From positions 1-61,329 of IMG/VR virus record IMGVR_UViG_3300029825_000423: DNA of 61,329 nucleotides, one strand, 5' to 3'. Position 1 is the first letter of the stretch. The number at the start of each line of letters is the position of its first letter. Shown here in pieces: positions 60,136 to 61,329 of this stretch. The translations under genes were made by a program, and so were the position numbers. Under the pieces are notes generated by a model, which was not told the DNA's origin, made no database searches, and saw only the letters and a list, made by a program, of their open reading frames with translations. This DNA comes from a virus.

Positions 60136-60290
60136 TAATGTTTTTATCATTTATAATAACCTTCACATAAACAAAAAAGACAACATGTTTTAAGGCGATT
60201 TAAGCCTTTTAATTTTTTAATGGGTATAAACACTTTAACTCATTCTAAAAATTGATCTCAGACGCTCTCCGTGAGTCTGGTGGGGTATTA
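60040..60290 (+). ncRNA. Putative TnpB guide (omega/reRNA) region
   Basis: Based on established TnpB biology only: the guide RNA derives from the 3' end of tnpB plus the right IS end. A hairpin CAGAC-gctctccgtga-GTCTG lies near 60261-60281. No direct evidence. Confidence 0.2.
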
Positions 60291-60301
60291 GAGGTCAAAT
60301 T

Positions 60302-60499
60302 GTGGTGGTGATATTCGCAGTGTATTGTCAAGAAGGAAAATGTACGAAATGTGGGGTTTTTGGAATGACCTACGCGGTTGGGAACAATGGAATGCTGTGT
60401 GGCAATTGCCTGGAAAAGCATAAGGAAGAAAAGAAATTGCTATGGGCGATAATAACAGAAGGAGGAGACAATGCAAGTCCTGACAAAAGAGAAAATTGA
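60302..60499 (+). CDS. Zinc-ribbon mini-protein
   Basis: Contains CQEGKCTKCG .. CGNCLEKH. GTG start. Confidence 0.45.
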   Translation: MVVIFAVYCQEGKCTKCGVFGMTYAVGNNGMLCGNCLEKHKEEKKLLWAIITEGGDNASPDKREN

Positions 60500-60560
60500 G
60501 TTTTTGTATTTATTTTTTTCATTAATTGGGCTTTCTATGTTGTTTTTCATTGCTTTTCTA

Positions 60561-61329
60561 TTATCTTAAAACTGTCCACTTCTTACCATATTTCCAGAAC
60601 GTCAATGCGGAAACAAAATTAATTTGTCTGTAGAGCATCATTAAAAATGTCCATTTGACACTTTTTATAAATCTGTATTCGTTCAGGAAATATAGAAACA
60701 TTGTAATTGCAGACAAAGTGAGGAAATGTTCTGTGAAACTTGCGCTGAACACGAATGCTGAAAGTACTGCAGTTCTGTAATAAATTGTCAGCGATTCGAC
60801 AAGTGGAACGTATCTTCCAGTGTGTTTCATTACCGAGTAATATCCGCTTACCCACCGGTTACGCTGGATAAATAACGCTTTTAATCCAGGCGTTGCGTAT
60901 GTTTTGATAACAGAGCTCGAAAGTTCTATTTTCCAGTTGTTTTTAATCCCTATTTGTGTTAGTGCCATATCTTCGCCTTTTACGTGGGCCGGGATTCTGT
61001 TTTCAATTAGATGTTTTCTTTTAATTGCGAATCCGGCGCCGCTTACATTATTAAGATAATTTAGATTTCTGTGTAACCAAGGTCTTGCAATTCCGATTCC
61101 AATATCATATTCTAGTTTTTCAAGCTTGCTAAGTGTGGTTTCGTTTGCGATCACTTCGATTACAGTTCCAACAAGATCCGCACCGTTTAATATTTTGTCA
61201 ATCACATCGGAATTGTCCACTGAAATTGTATCACAGTCAACGATTAATACGTTTTCATTGTGAGCGAGTAGAGCTCCGTAATAAATCGAATCGTTTTTGC
61301 CGCGACTAAATTTCGAGTGGTCCTTTCTG
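60561..61329 (-). CDS. Family 2 glycosyltransferase, C-terminal part (5' end continues at 281..1 after circularisation)
   Basis: The frame reads ..VDCDTISVDNSDVIDKIL..GAGFAIKRKHL..QRNRWVSGYY (GT2 Q-x-x-RW-like motif), then TM helices. It is open to the window end and overlaps the 99-bp repeat. Confidence 0.8.
   Translation of the reverse strand, partial: RKDHSKFSRGKNDSIYYGALLAHNENVLIVDCDTISVDNSDVIDKILNGADLVGTVIEVIANETTLSKLEKLEYDIGIGIARPWLHRNLNYLNNVSGAGFAIKRKHLIENRIPAHVKGEDMALTQIGIKNNWKIELSSSVIKTYATPGLKALFIQRNRWVSGYYSVMKHTGRYVPLVESLTIYYRTAVLSAFVFSASFTEHFLTLSAITMFLYFLNEYRFIKSVKWTFLMMLYRQINFVSALTFWKYGKKWTVLR
61231..61329. repeat. 99-bp terminal direct repeat (copy 2), identical to 1..99
   Basis: Same as copy 1. 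A length of 99 is typical of an assembler k-mer overlap rather than a biological terminal repeat. Confidence 0.95.

Larger units (their letters stand above)
58250..60290 (+). mobile_element. IS607-family insertion sequence (tnpA + tnpB); boundaries approximate
   Basis: Serine-recombinase TnpA and TnpB are separated by 1 nt. IS607 elements lack clear inverted repeats, so the ends cannot be fixed by eye. The genome-wide GGCAATTAC motif is absent across this span. Confidence 0.6.

Noticed and set aside
1-61329. Alternative genetic code (TGA reassigned), prompted by the in-frame TGA at 30878
   Set aside because: TGA terminates many well-supported genes, including nrdD and the four GTGAGG... junctions. 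Long ORFs are intact under the standard code.
1-61329. tRNA/rRNA genes, DNA polymerase, terminase, portal, HK97 or double-jelly-roll capsid, Orc/Cdc6, MCM, NrdG
   Set aside because: I looked for their hallmark motifs on both strands and did not recognise any. Absence by eye is not proof, and sensitive profile searches are needed.

Overview
The window is a complete circular dsDNA replicon of about 61,230 bp. Bases 1-99 are identical to 61231-61329, and a GT2 glycosyltransferase gene reads in frame across that junction. Gene content points to an archaeal virus or provirus-like element of an anaerobic host. It carries two PCNA homologues, an XPF/ERCC4 nuclease, an XPD-like Fe-S helicase, an archaeo-eukaryotic primase, an oxygen-sensitive class III ribonucleotide reductase, about 16 tiny zinc-ribbon proteins, oligo-T terminators and GGAGG/GGGGG ribosome-binding sites.

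Layout:
- 0.5-20.2 kb (+): putative virion/membrane module. It has two TM-loop-TM mini-proteins resembling spindle-virus capsid proteins, a 1,219-aa secreted fibre/adhesin with a C-terminal membrane anchor, a P-loop ATPase and a 1,450-aa Lys-rich repeat protein.
- 20.2-29.6 kb (-): NrdD, a glutaredoxin-like protein and many mini-proteins.
- 29.7-34.2 kb (+): C5 DNA methyltransferase and tyrosine integrase.
- 35.3-38.3 kb (-): glycosyltransferase/acetyltransferase cluster.
- 38.3-50.8 kb (-): replication, recombination and nucleotide module, with no DNA polymerase.
- 51-58 kb (+): ParB-like protein, ParA, an iteron-rich origin/centromere-like region and a UvrD-like helicase.
- 58.3-60.1 kb: an IS607-type insertion (TnpA + TnpB).

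Most notable observations:
- A dispersed, transcription-co-oriented motif GGCAATTAC(AAAG) occurs at least 22 times.
- A thymidylate-synthase-fold enzyme carries the Asn-to-Asp change that is diagnostic of cytosine-specific enzymes. It sits near MazG-like and DUF1599-like genes.
- The ParB fusion carries a catalytically degenerate Dam-like domain.

All functional calls rest on motifs read by eye. No searches or statistics were run.
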